Shown here: one piece after another, positions 40,988 to 50,179 of the stretch
Numbering within the stretch: the stretch's first letter is position 1
How the letters are laid out: every line of letters starts with the position of its first letter
DNA from: a virus
IMG/VR virus record: IMGVR_UViG_3300027759_003534
Coordinates: 96,001-160,000 of that record
DNA length: 64,000 nucleotides
Strand: one strand, 5' to 3'
Position numbers and translations under genes: made by a program
The notes under the pieces: model-generated
What the model saw: the letters and a program-made list of their open reading frames with translations, nothing else
What the model was told of the DNA's origin: nothing
Database searches by the model: none

Positions 40988-43393
40988 ATGTTTGATATCT
41001 TTTATTCGGGAACTAAACCCAACTTATTTGCTCACGAGCGTGAAGCTCGAGATATAGAGCATGCACGGACTCTAAGTCGTACTAGGTATTTTTGGTGGAC
41101 CAATTATTTAACTGACTACACAGACTTTGACTTTTTATTTGAGCCGGTGCCGTGGCAAGCAGAATATACTCATACTTGGCCCAGTCAATGGCATGAGTAT
41201 TCGGGCACTTATCTTGTACCCGTAAATAATACACAAATACAATATTATTTTAATCAGCAAATACTGCCAAATCGAGATAGTAGCGGCAATTATAATAAAA
41301 TAAAAGATAATATTGGCTTTGATTATACCTGGGCACCACATCCGTTTGATCCGCCATTTAATTACGTTTTTGGTAATCAATGGTATCCAGCAAATAAAAT
41401 GCCCACAGTAGAATATCGGATGCCAGGCGCAGAAGAAACAAAATATATTTTTACTCCCAGAGCAGAGCTATTATCTAACAAAGACGATTGTTGGCAGACT
41501 TTAATTGCGTGTGAGTTTGATTATTCGTGGGTGCCCGATCCTGGCGACCCACCTTATATTTACATATTTGGTAATCAGTGGTGGCCTGCTGTTAAAATGC
41601 CCACAGTAAAATATACTGTGCCCGGTGCAACTGAAATAAAGTATATGCCTTATCCTAGGGCACAATTACTAATTAAAAATAATCAAGATAATTGGGAAAT
41701 ACCTGCAGATATTGATGCAGAAACATTTGATTATTCGTGGGTGCCCGATCCTGGAGATCCGCCGTTGGTATATCAATTCGGCACACAATGGCAAAAAACT
41801 GGTGGCCCTAAATATCGTGTAGCAGGTGCAACGGAAATAAAGTACATTACAGAACCCAGAGCTGATAAAATTGTGCAAGATAATAATTGGACAATTCCGG
41901 ATAATGTAGATACTAGTTCATTTGATTTTACCTGGCATCCGGACACAACAGAACAACCCTACATATATCAATTTGGTACACAGCATCAACGCACAGGTGG
42001 CCCACAATATCATGTTAAAGGCGCAACAGAAATCAAATATATTGATCAAATTAAAATTAAAACAGAGCGTGTTGCGTCTGCTATCTACGAAATAGATCAT
42101 TTAGATGGTGCTGCAGGGCAACGTGCTGATGTGTTTCGAACTGTTAGATATTTTGACAATTATTTAGATACATTAAAACGCATAGCTAAAAATGCTCCAG
42201 ATGATCAGGAGTTTGTTTGGATTTGCTCCAGCATCTGTGATTATAAAGATTTTGACTTTACATGGCATCCAGAAGTATGGCAAGCAGGTATGCTACATGT
42301 ATTTCCCAGTGATGGAGAAAAGTTTGGAGATACTTTCTTTATGCATGTTCCATCATTTCAATATCGTGCAGATAAGTTACAGTTATTGGATTGGTATGAT
42401 GTTAATTATATGGATAAGAGTGTGCCACGCAGACCCGTGCCCATCGTACGACATAATTATGATACACATGTAGAAGCAGTTAAACAAATAAATTTCGATG
42501 GACCCTTGGCTATTTTTACTACCGAAGATAAGCCGGATTATAATATACCCGCTGTTCCGCTGTGGAGAGAAAAGACCAAAACTATTGTGCCGTTAAGTGC
42601 TGGCGCTGGAATAACTATAATTCCTAAAGTGTGTGTTCCTTATATAAAGACGCAATTATATGATTATCCCAATATACTTCGTACACAGCGGCATTTATAT
42701 TCAGATACTCCGTTAGACATAGTGTTTATAGATAATGGCGAATCGAATGCAGAACAAAATTGGACATTTTTAAATATAACAACCGCAAATAATAATAATC
42801 GAATACATCGCAGTTCAGGAGTCACGGGTCGAGTTGCAGCTTATCGTGCGGCTGCAGAATTAAGTACCACTCCTTGGTTTTTTGCTGTATTTGCTAAATT
42901 AAAAATTGATCCCTTATTTAATTTTAATTGGCAACCTGATCGTTTACAGGAACCTAAGCATTATATTTTTCATGCACAAAATCCTGTAAATGCATTAGTA
43001 TATGGACATCAAGCCATGATAGCATATAATAAACAATTGGTATTGGAAAATACTGCACTGGGATTAGACTTTACCCTAGATCAAGCACACGAAGTAGTTC
43101 CTATCGTTTCAGGAACAGCTAATTATCACACAGATGCTTGGTCATGCTGGCGTACAGCATTTAGAGAATGTATTAAATTACAAAATAGTCCAGATGTAGA
43201 AAGTCAGTATCGTTTACGTCAATGGCTTACTAAAGATACTACCGAAGAACAATGGAGTCTTAAAGGTGCAGAAGATGCTGTGGAATATTACGATAGTGTT
43301 GCGGGAGACTTTGCTGAATTGAAGAAAAGCTATGACTGGGCCTGGTTGGCTAGTTATGCTTTGTTAAAGCGGAATCTAATACCGAGTCAATAA
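40988..43393 (+). CDS. 801-aa protein with W/P-rich internal repeats and degenerate GT-A-like domains
   Basis: Four repeats of about 65-70 aa. The C-terminal domain is homologous to 21444-22361 ('LDIVFIDNGESN', 'CWRTAFRECIKL'). It is an isolated + strand gene in a minus-strand block. Confidence 0.6.
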   Translation: MFDIFYSGTKPNLFAHEREARDIEHARTLSRTRYFWWTNYLTDYTDFDFLFEPVPWQAEYTHTWPSQWHEYSGTYLVPVNNTQIQYYFNQQILPNRDSSGNYNKIKDNIGFDYTWAPHPFDPPFNYVFGNQWYPANKMPTVEYRMPGAEETKYIFTPRAELLSNKDDCWQTLIACEFDYSWVPDPGDPPYIYIFGNQWWPAVKMPTVKYTVPGATEIKYMPYPRAQLLIKNNQDNWEIPADIDAETFDYSWVPDPGDPPLVYQFGTQWQKTGGPKYRVAGATEIKYITEPRADKIVQDNNWTIPDNVDTSSFDFTWHPDTTEQPYIYQFGTQHQRTGGPQYHVKGATEIKYIDQIKIKTERVASAIYEIDHLDGAAGQRADVFRTVRYFDNYLDTLKRIAKNAPDDQEFVWICSSICDYKDFDFTWHPEVWQAGMLHVFPSDGEKFGDTFFMHVPSFQYRADKLQLLDWYDVNYMDKSVPRRPVPIVRHNYDTHVEAVKQINFDGPLAIFTTEDKPDYNIPAVPLWREKTKTIVPLSAGAGITIIPKVCVPYIKTQLYDYPNILRTQRHLYSDTPLDIVFIDNGESNAEQNWTFLNITTANNNNRIHRSSGVTGRVAAYRAAAELSTTPWFFAVFAKLKIDPLFNFNWQPDRLQEPKHYIFHAQNPVNALVYGHQAMIAYNKQLVLENTALGLDFTLDQAHEVVPIVSGTANYHTDAWSCWRTAFRECIKLQNSPDVESQYRLRQWLTKDTTEEQWSLKGAEDAVEYYDSVAGDFAELKKSYDWAWLASYALLKRNLIPSQ
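41316..42040 (+). repeat. Intragenic tandem repeat (4 units, about 200 bp period)
   Basis: Protein units FDY(T/S)WxPxPxDPPxxYxFGxQW...PxxxYxxxGAxExKY. An identical 29-bp DNA copy TTTGATTATTCGTGGGTGCCCGATCCTGG sits at 41516-41544 and 41726-41754. Confidence 0.85.
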
Positions 43394-44435
43394 CGTATTC
43401 TACTTCTAGATCTGTTAATTCAGGATATAAGGGTAAACTTAATACTCGTCTACTTAAACTACTAGCAACACTTAATATATCAGTACCAGTATAATCTGAA
43501 TAAGCAGGTAACTCGTGCAAGGGCTGTCGATAATGTACTCGAGTTTCAATACCTTTTATATCTAAATTACGTGCAAGTATATCTCTAGCATCTACATCAA
43601 TAACAAATTTGTGATAACAATGTGTTTCAAAGTTATTTGCATCAATTAAACTTCTAACTCCGCTATTCTTTAAACGGCCCATCCAATATAATGCAATCGT
43701 CTTGCGACGAGCTTGCCACGCATCAATATACCGTGTTTTAATTAACATTTGCGCAGACTCTGTTTCACTCATACGACTATTTGTTCCTATATTGGTATGA
43801 GCAGGCTTTCCATTATTTGTCCACTCGCGGGCAAATTCCAACAAGTCCATGTCATCGGTTACAACAGCGCCGCCATTGCCGTAGGCATTTAAGTTTTTCA
43901 TAGGATCAAAACTAACGGCAGTAGCATTACCTATTCTATTACAGTTGTTGCTTAACCAATGTTGAGCACCATCTTCTATAATTAAATCTGTGCCCCAAAA
44001 GCGATCAGCATTTACTGCTGCACCGTATAAGCCAACCAACACAGTTGCTTGTACGCTTAGGTCGTGTGGTATTTTATTTTTGTTTAATAAGCCATGTGTG
44101 TCTGTATCGGCAATATATACTTCCCAACCAGCTCGCATAAATGCATTGGCAGTGGCCACATAAGTCATTGCAGGTACGACCACCCTGGGTGGATTTGTGC
44201 TGGTTTGTGCGCGATAGTATTCGGCTATTATTTCTAAGGCTTGACTACCCGAGTGACAGGTCACAGCATACTTAGAGTGATTCTTTCGAGCTAACCAGTT
44301 TTCAAATTCAGCAGTATAATTGCCCGCCATGAGTTGACCCGAACGTAGCACTTCATCGGTGGCATCTAAGATCTCTGTGCGGAGATTATTATACTGTTTT
44401 TTGAGCCCAGTAAAGGGAATTTTAAGCCCGTTCAT
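43350..44435 (-). CDS. DegT/DnrJ/EryC1/StrS-family PLP-dependent sugar aminotransferase
   Basis: 'VLRSGQLMAG', 'IIEDGAQ', 'VSFDPMKNL..YGNGGAV' (PLP lysine), 'RVLSLPLYP'. Confidence 0.9.
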   Translation of the reverse strand: MNGLKIPFTGLKKQYNNLRTEILDATDEVLRSGQLMAGNYTAEFENWLARKNHSKYAVTCHSGSQALEIIAEYYRAQTSTNPPRVVVPAMTYVATANAFMRAGWEVYIADTDTHGLLNKNKIPHDLSVQATVLVGLYGAAVNADRFWGTDLIIEDGAQHWLSNNCNRIGNATAVSFDPMKNLNAYGNGGAVVTDDMDLLEFAREWTNNGKPAHTNIGTNSRMSETESAQMLIKTRYIDAWQARRKTIALYWMGRLKNSGVRSLIDANNFETHCYHKFVIDVDARDILARNLDIKGIETRVHYRQPLHELPAYSDYTGTDILSVASSLSRRVLSLPLYPELTDLEVEYVIDSVLDSALTKHN

Positions 44436-44437
44436 TA

Positions 44438-45397
44438 TTATCTATTAAAATAAGGTGAATCTTTAATCCATTTATAGTACCTTTGGAACCCTTCTTCAAC
44501 ATCAACTTTAGGATCGTAGCCAAGAATTACTCTAGCACGATTGATATCTAATGCTCCGCGACTGGGAAAGTCTGCACTTTTGTCTTGAACTTCTACTGTT
44601 CCTTTGCCTACAATTTCAACAATCATTTCTGCAGCTTTTAATAGTGTAACTGAATGTGATTTTGTAATATTATATATGCGATTGGCACTCATGATACGGG
44701 TAGTGGCACTGACAATTCCGTCAACAACGTCGTCAACGTAGGTAAAGTCCAGGGTTTCCTCTGCACCATTTACTCGAAGGATTTCTCCGCGCATGGCAGA
44801 CAGCATGAATTTTGAAACAACTCGATCCTCGACATCAAGAGGACCATACACAGCACTGGGACGAATAATAGTATAATCAAAAGCCCCGCGACGATGGTAA
44901 TCTTTGACCAGTTGTTCTCCTGCCAGTTTCATAATGCCATATTGTCCAATAGGGTTGCATTCACTGTCCTCGGCAACCTGATCTTCAAAATCACCATATA
45001 CCATTGAACTGCTAATATAAACAACACGTTCTACTTTATGACGTTTGGCACTCTCTAGAACATTAATCAAGCCTTCCATCATGACTTGCGCACCCCACGC
45101 AGGATCGGCATTGACTACTTTTTGCCTGGGAAAACTAGCCAGGTGTATAACTGTATCTGGTTTATGCTCACGCACGACCCAATCAATTCCGTCGCGATCA
45201 GTGATATCAATTTGATAAATTCTATCTGTGACAATCTTTTTACGACGCTCGGCTATCAAGTAATCCAGTTCTGCTTGTGGCACAATACCATAGGTAGTTC
45301 TGGTATCGGTAATCACACAGGTATGACCCTTTGCTTCCAGGGCAGCCACTACATTGTGTCCAATAAATCCTAAACCGCCGGTTACTAATATTTTCAT
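44438..45397 (-). CDS. NAD-dependent NDP-sugar epimerase/dehydratase (extended SDR)
   Basis: 'KILVTGGLGFIG', 'YISSSMVYG', 'YGIMK' (YxxxK), 'IRPSAVYGP'. Confidence 0.9.
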   Translation of the reverse strand: MKILVTGGLGFIGHNVVAALEAKGHTCVITDTRTTYGIVPQAELDYLIAERRKKIVTDRIYQIDITDRDGIDWVVREHKPDTVIHLASFPRQKVVNADPAWGAQVMMEGLINVLESAKRHKVERVVYISSSMVYGDFEDQVAEDSECNPIGQYGIMKLAGEQLVKDYHRRGAFDYTIIRPSAVYGPLDVEDRVVSKFMLSAMRGEILRVNGAEETLDFTYVDDVVDGIVSATTRIMSANRIYNITKSHSVTLLKAAEMIVEIVGKGTVEVQDKSADFPSRGALDINRARVILGYDPKVDVEEGFQRYYKWIKDSPYFNR

Positions 45398-45921
45398 AAT
45401 TCTGGCTCATTAAATGTCATGCACTGTAATCCCAGTCTGGGAAATACAATATTTTCTTCGCACCAAACATCATGCGGTATTCCTGCGTTGATAACACACG
45501 GAGCAATCACTTCCATACGACCAATTTCTTCAAGCTCGTTGGGATTAGTAAACTGTTGTCCGCCTAGAGAATTTACAGTAACAGTAGGATTTAAAACCGT
45601 TGTACGGAACCATCGATTAAATGTTCCAGCAGTATTGTGTATAGGCCAACTCAGCTTGTTCACAGCCGGCAGAGTATCAATGTGAATTCCACAACATTCT
45701 CTGGTTTGCCCCACAGTCAGTGCTACAGAATGCAACTTTAATCCCACACCGTTGGCCCAGATATAAAATTCAGGAGCTGCCTTTAGAAACTCCACAGTGT
45801 TGAGGGGATTCCAAAACTGAGTAGTTGATTCAACAATGCCAGTTGATTGCACATAGGACTTTATCTGTTGATTGATATGATCATAATTTGCGCAATCTAA
45901 TTTTTTATATAGTTTAATCAT
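45394..45921 (-). CDS. Hypothetical protein, possible cupin/2OG-Fe(II)-like
   Basis: 'GIHIDT' and 'INAGIPHDV' (HxD...H). Start placed at ATG 45921 to avoid a long overlap. Confidence 0.35.
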   Translation of the reverse strand: MIKLYKKLDCANYDHINQQIKSYVQSTGIVESTTQFWNPLNTVEFLKAAPEFYIWANGVGLKLHSVALTVGQTRECCGIHIDTLPAVNKLSWPIHNTAGTFNRWFRTTVLNPTVTVNSLGGQQFTNPNELEEIGRMEVIAPCVINAGIPHDVWCEENIVFPRLGLQCMTFNEPEL

Positions 45922-47491
45922 ATCCCATGGCCTTGGCAATTTCTTTGTGTGTACTAGAGAAATTTTCATTTCTCCAATGATCCTTTTGCTTCATCTCTTG
46001 TATAAATGTTGTGTTGTCTGAGTATTTTTGCTCTTGTAGCAGGCACAATACCGACTGTATTTTTTTCCTGGCTTCGTTGTTGAATTTCCACTGAGACAAT
46101 TTGTTCAAGGTCATTAGTCTGGCCTGCTCGGTTAAATTACTTACGCTGAGATACTCTGGATGAGTCAGCAAGTTTAGATAATAATGATCAAACTGTTGAC
46201 GGTCTATCCACTCAATCAGTTCGGGTAGATAAAATACATTCTGAATATTTACTGTAACACACACGCCTATTTTTAATTTTGAGTTGGCAGATCTTATCTG
46301 TTTAAACTGATCTAGGTTAGCAACAACCAAATCCCAGTCAGCACCCTTGCGTTCATAGTTGAATTTTTCCCCGACGTTGTCTATACTAACAGTGACCACT
46401 AGCCTTTTAAATTGATCCACTTGCTTAAAGATATCTGGGCACAGAGTACCATTGGTAGTAATATCAAATATACAGTCCTGACTGTGTCCTTGATCTATCA
46501 AATACTGCATAAAATCTAAATTCTGTTTTAGCATAAGTGGCTCGCCACCTAAAAACTCAAACACTTTGATTTGCCCGGCACGCTGTTTAAGTGAATCCCA
46601 AAACTCGTTTTTCTTTTTTGCCCAGCTGGTGTTTTCGGTCCATTGATAAGCAGGATGCTGTTTGCGTTGATCTTGTGGTATCTGAGACAACTGCTCAGCT
46701 GCCACAGTTGAACTAAAACTTGGATCGCAAATGCGACATTTTAGATTGCACAAGTTTCCAAGATGCCCACCCACATAACGCAAGTTGTTTGAGACATCAT
46801 TGCTTTCCCAATCAATTAGTCCCCAAATATTTTCTAATCTATAAGAAGACAATGTACGACGCGAATCAACGCCCATCTGTTCTCTTTTGGTGCAATTTGC
46901 ACAACCCACAGGATCAATATTGTTTCTCATCTGATCTCTAACATTGCTCATGTAATCACTAGAGACTATGGTTTCAATTGAGTGTTGTTTGATATTGTAC
47001 GGAACACCGTCTGGGTCTGTGATTGTTCCTTTGTAATCACAGCATACTCCGGCTGTGCCATCAGTCCAGACATGCAATCCAGCCCAGGCATGAGCACACA
47101 TTTTTTTGTTGGCGTTGAACAGTGGAATTGTATCTAAACACAGCACGTCAGTTCTTGTTACCTGTGTTTGATGTACAGTAATTGGAGAAGTCAGTGATCT
47201 AAAAAAATCTGCTGTTTGATGTTGATTGGTATAAATTTCAACAAAGTAGGGACTGATGTCAAGATAGTTAATTATACTAGCAACATGATCTAGTGTTGCC
47301 GGTTGTAACGGTTTAGCATTACATAAAATAAATCTATAATTGTTGTTGTAGGCCGTCTGTTGAAATGATACTAGGGTTTTATAAAATGTAGAACTGGGAC
47401 TGTGTTCAAGATCCTCAAGAAAGATCCAGCAATCAACTTTATATTGTTTACTTAAATCACTTTTAAGTTGCTCAAACTCTATTATTTTCAT
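45914..47491 (-). CDS. Radical SAM / twitch protein with extra N-terminal domain (copy 7)
   Basis: CNLKCRIC and LGGEP; MCAHAW...GVCC...CANC. The N-terminal extension resembles that of 27939-29630. Confidence 0.85.
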   Translation of the reverse strand: MKIIEFEQLKSDLSKQYKVDCWIFLEDLEHSPSSTFYKTLVSFQQTAYNNNYRFILCNAKPLQPATLDHVASIINYLDISPYFVEIYTNQHQTADFFRSLTSPITVHQTQVTRTDVLCLDTIPLFNANKKMCAHAWAGLHVWTDGTAGVCCDYKGTITDPDGVPYNIKQHSIETIVSSDYMSNVRDQMRNNIDPVGCANCTKREQMGVDSRRTLSSYRLENIWGLIDWESNDVSNNLRYVGGHLGNLCNLKCRICDPSFSSTVAAEQLSQIPQDQRKQHPAYQWTENTSWAKKKNEFWDSLKQRAGQIKVFEFLGGEPLMLKQNLDFMQYLIDQGHSQDCIFDITTNGTLCPDIFKQVDQFKRLVVTVSIDNVGEKFNYERKGADWDLVVANLDQFKQIRSANSKLKIGVCVTVNIQNVFYLPELIEWIDRQQFDHYYLNLLTHPEYLSVSNLTEQARLMTLNKLSQWKFNNEARKKIQSVLCLLQEQKYSDNTTFIQEMKQKDHWRNENFSSTHKEIAKAMGYD

Positions 47492-47727
47492 TTGCCCCAC
47501 CGTAGTAAGTATTCTGTGGCTAATTGATCTTCTACTAGACCGTACACAATGATTTTGTGTCCCCAGTTGTGTTCATCGGCTCGTACAATGTATTGTGGGT
47601 CTGAACAGTTTTTCATCGCCCACTGACCTTGTTCTGTTTGTTGCCACTCATATAATGGTTGTGCGACATAGAGTTCTGGATCCTCTACATCGCCCATACT
47701 AAAAGAATGGAATGTAATTTTTTGCAC
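47488..47727 (-). CDS. Small protein, possible outlying member of the 54660-56844 paralog family
   Basis: Ends ATEYLLRWGK. Confidence 0.65.
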   Translation of the reverse strand: MQKITFHSFSMGDVEDPELYVAQPLYEWQQTEQGQWAMKNCSDPQYIVRADEHNWGHKIIVYGLVEDQLATEYLLRWGK

Positions 47728-48195
47728 TTATTTTTTCTTGTGCAATTCTGCTGTTGCCACACGTTGGCGCAGTCCTGAACTACTAAAACTATGATCTCGT
47801 CCATTAAAAATTGGAACAATACCGCGAACAGTTCCTTCTTTTTTACCAGTATATTCTTTGTCTTGATACTCAACACCAAGTACACGAACATCCAACGGAA
47901 GTATTAGCAATAGGTCTACTAGATCCTGTTCGGTTTGATATACTACTACTTCATCCACATAACGACATGCAGCCAGCTGTATTTGACGCTCCACAATACT
48001 TTGAACTGGTTTGTTCTTGGTATCAGGACGATCAATTGTTGGATCTGTTTGCAAGCCAGCAATCAAATAATCGCAATGATTCTTTGCTTCAGCCAACATG
48101 GCAATATGTCCTGCGTGTAACATGTCAAAGGTACTGAAGGTAATGCCAATCTTTTTACCTTCTTCTTTGAGTTTACGTATGTGATTGAATATCAT
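47728..48195 (-). CDS. Cytidylyltransferase (TagD/glycerol-3-phosphate cytidylyltransferase-like)
   Basis: 'FSTFDMLHAGH' (HxGH), 'LIAGLQTD', 'RYVDEVV', 'RDHSFSSSGLR'. Confidence 0.85.
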   Translation of the reverse strand: MIFNHIRKLKEEGKKIGITFSTFDMLHAGHIAMLAEAKNHCDYLIAGLQTDPTIDRPDTKNKPVQSIVERQIQLAACRYVDEVVVYQTEQDLVDLLLILPLDVRVLGVEYQDKEYTGKKEGTVRGIVPIFNGRDHSFSSSGLRQRVATAELHKKK

Positions 48196-48219
48196 ACTAC
48201 CATTATAACAGAAAGTCTG

Positions 48220-48882
48220 TTAGTTCACAAGAAATTCAGTGACCATTGGGAAGATTAATTCGAGTGCGACGGCACATGCCTGCGCAATTTCTCTATGTTC
48301 CTTTTGTGTTTCTGGACCACTACGCAATTCAATATAGTGCAACCAGCTACGAAGAGTGCCTTGCATATACAAACGACTAGTGGTAATACCTTCTGGTAAT
48401 ACAGCACGAGCCTGCTCTTTAGCAATACCACTTCTAATAGCCCAGTTGTACACTTCTTGAGTTGTTTCGACCACTCGTTGTTGCTTTAATTGCCAGGCTG
48501 AACTCAATGCAGGATCTTCAATTTCAATACTGTTTTGGCGATTCTTAGTGTCTTGCAGTCTAGCTTCTTTGTATTCTATGCCCAAGTCTGCTACAGCATA
48601 CCGCTGGCTAAACTCTTGAAATGAGAAACTACGATGACGTAGGATTTGTCTAGCAATATCGCGTGTGGTTTCAATTTCTAAACAAGCCGACACCATTTCT
48701 AATGGACTCCAGTGCTGGTGTTTGATAAGATAGCGAATGAGCTTTTCGCTGGTGTCTGTGTTGGTTTGATTACCAGGATTGCTAACTCTAGCGCAGAATG
48801 CAACCAACTCTTGGGCATTTAATATACCCTGGGCCGCTAATTCTGCGCTAGGTTGGCTCGACGAAACCAGTGAGACTTTCAA
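48220..48882 (-). CDS. thyX: FAD-dependent thymidylate synthase
   Basis: ThyX signature RHRSFSFQEFSQRY; also 'HWSPLE' and 'EQARAVLP'. Confidence 0.95.
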   Translation of the reverse strand: MKVSLVSSSQPSAELAAQGILNAQELVAFCARVSNPGNQTNTDTSEKLIRYLIKHQHWSPLEMVSACLEIETTRDIARQILRHRSFSFQEFSQRYAVADLGIEYKEARLQDTKNRQNSIEIEDPALSSAWQLKQQRVVETTQEVYNWAIRSGIAKEQARAVLPEGITTSRLYMQGTLRSWLHYIELRSGPETQKEHREIAQACAVALELIFPMVTEFLVN

Positions 48883-49181
48883 ATTTTTCCTAACAGCTTG
48901 TCGGTTTCGGGTTGTACAAGATTTGCCACAGCAGTAACATCTACCACAAAGTCTACATCGCGAATTTGATGATCGTTCTCACTAAAAAATCTAGTGAGCA
49001 TCTGTTCAACTTCTGCTAGGTCCAGGCCCTGCTTTAACAAGGTATGAACATTGATAGTTTTTTGTTTACCACCTGCAAGTTTAATTACAACTTTCTTGAT
49101 ACATTCTAAGGGAACATCAGTTTTGTTTACATCAGCAAGAATGTGTTCCCATTGGGTTAAGAAATCATCCGTGTGTTGCAT
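48879..49181 (-). CDS. Hypothetical protein
   Basis: Likely start MQHTDDFLTQW at 49181; coupled to thyX. Confidence 0.65.
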   Translation of the reverse strand: MQHTDDFLTQWEHILADVNKTDVPLECIKKVVIKLAGGKQKTINVHTLLKQGLDLAEVEQMLTRFFSENDHQIRDVDFVVDVTAVANLVQPETDKLLGKI

Positions 49182-49926
49182 CTGCCGCCACAGTCTTAGG
49201 TTTGTTAGGACCACGGCCGCGACGCTTAGGCGCTTCCGTAACTGGGGCTTCGGATTGTACATTTGGTGCTACGGCTCTTGCTGACACTGTAGGATCCATA
49301 CGTTCTGCATCTTTCTTCATTCTAGCAGCTTCTGCTACCATGTTTCTAGCATTGATTTCCATGGCTTTAGCCTGCGACAACATATTAGCGGCAATGTCGC
49401 GATCACTTAAGGCACCGTCTTGTCCAGCCGTTAATGTTGGAGGTACAACCATGCCTGGGTTAGCGGCAGCAACTTGCTGGGCCTTGTAAGCGGCTTCGGC
49501 GGCACGTTTAACGTCAGGAGCAACCATACCACGGCTAGCATCATTTTCGGCCATCTTCTTGATAGCAGCTTCACCCTGCTTCATTTCGTTTAGCATCTTG
49601 TTAAGTTCATCCAACCGAATCTTGGCATCTGGTGTTGGAGTTACAATAATATCACTGGTACGAAGTTTCTTAATCATACGCTCTTGGTGTAGAGTTTCTA
49701 ACACAGGACGACCATCGGGCAAATAACTACGATGTAGCGCATCGGCAAGCTCTTCGCTTTGTTGTGCCACATCGCTTTCTAATGCCTTCTGGATTGAGTC
49801 TTGCCAGTGTGCGTGTAGCGTGTCTGGATAGATGACCAAGCACATGTGATCTTCGCCCGGGACCTGGCGGAACAGGATACAGACTTTACGGTCTCCGTGT
49901 TTACCTACGTGTTTCATAAATGCCAT
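49165..49926 (-). CDS. Hypothetical protein with Ala/Met-rich helical C-terminal half
   Basis: Start MAFMKHVGKHG at 49926, preceded by an AGGAG Shine-Dalgarno. Confidence 0.7.
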   Translation of the reverse strand: MAFMKHVGKHGDRKVCILFRQVPGEDHMCLVIYPDTLHAHWQDSIQKALESDVAQQSEELADALHRSYLPDGRPVLETLHQERMIKKLRTSDIIVTPTPDAKIRLDELNKMLNEMKQGEAAIKKMAENDASRGMVAPDVKRAAEAAYKAQQVAAANPGMVVPPTLTAGQDGALSDRDIAANMLSQAKAMEINARNMVAEAARMKKDAERMDPTVSARAVAPNVQSEAPVTEAPKRRGRGPNKPKTVAADATHG

Positions 49927-49927
49927 G

Positions 49928-50137
49928 TTATTCTCCTTGAGTTTCGCCGGCTTCAGCGTTTGTTGCTTCTTGGGCTTTCGCCTGTTCAATCACTGCTTCT
50001 AAAAATACAGTGAGCTTGTCATACACCACACCCACTTGACTAAGTTCTGCACCGCGAAATGCACCACGAGTGCAAGCTAGGTCGATAATGTTTTTAATAG
50101 TATCAAGATCTGCAATTGTAATTTGTGTATTATCCAT
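49928..50137 (-). CDS. Hypothetical protein
   Basis: 69 aa; a TAAATA motif (50143-50148) lies 5 nt upstream of the ATG. Confidence 0.7.
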   Translation of the reverse strand: MDNTQITIADLDTIKNIIDLACTRGAFRGAELSQVGVVYDKLTVFLEAVIEQAKAQEATNAEAGETQGE

Positions 50138-50179
50138 ATAGATATTTACGACTAATATAGGTACTTAATTTATTTTTTA

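Noticed and set aside
41316-42040. Repeats as a possible CRISPR array or DGR template/variable pair
   Set aside because: Repeats are in-frame coding units about 200 bp apart with no unique spacers, no adenine-specific divergence pattern and no reverse transcriptase or cas gene in the window.
19394-48195. Calling the island a saxitoxin or a specific aminoglycoside cluster
   Set aside because: Enzyme classes overlap (amidinotransferase, carbamoyltransferase, sulfotransferase), but the committed core enzymes (SxtA PKS-like, DOI synthase) are not present; this is an analogy only.
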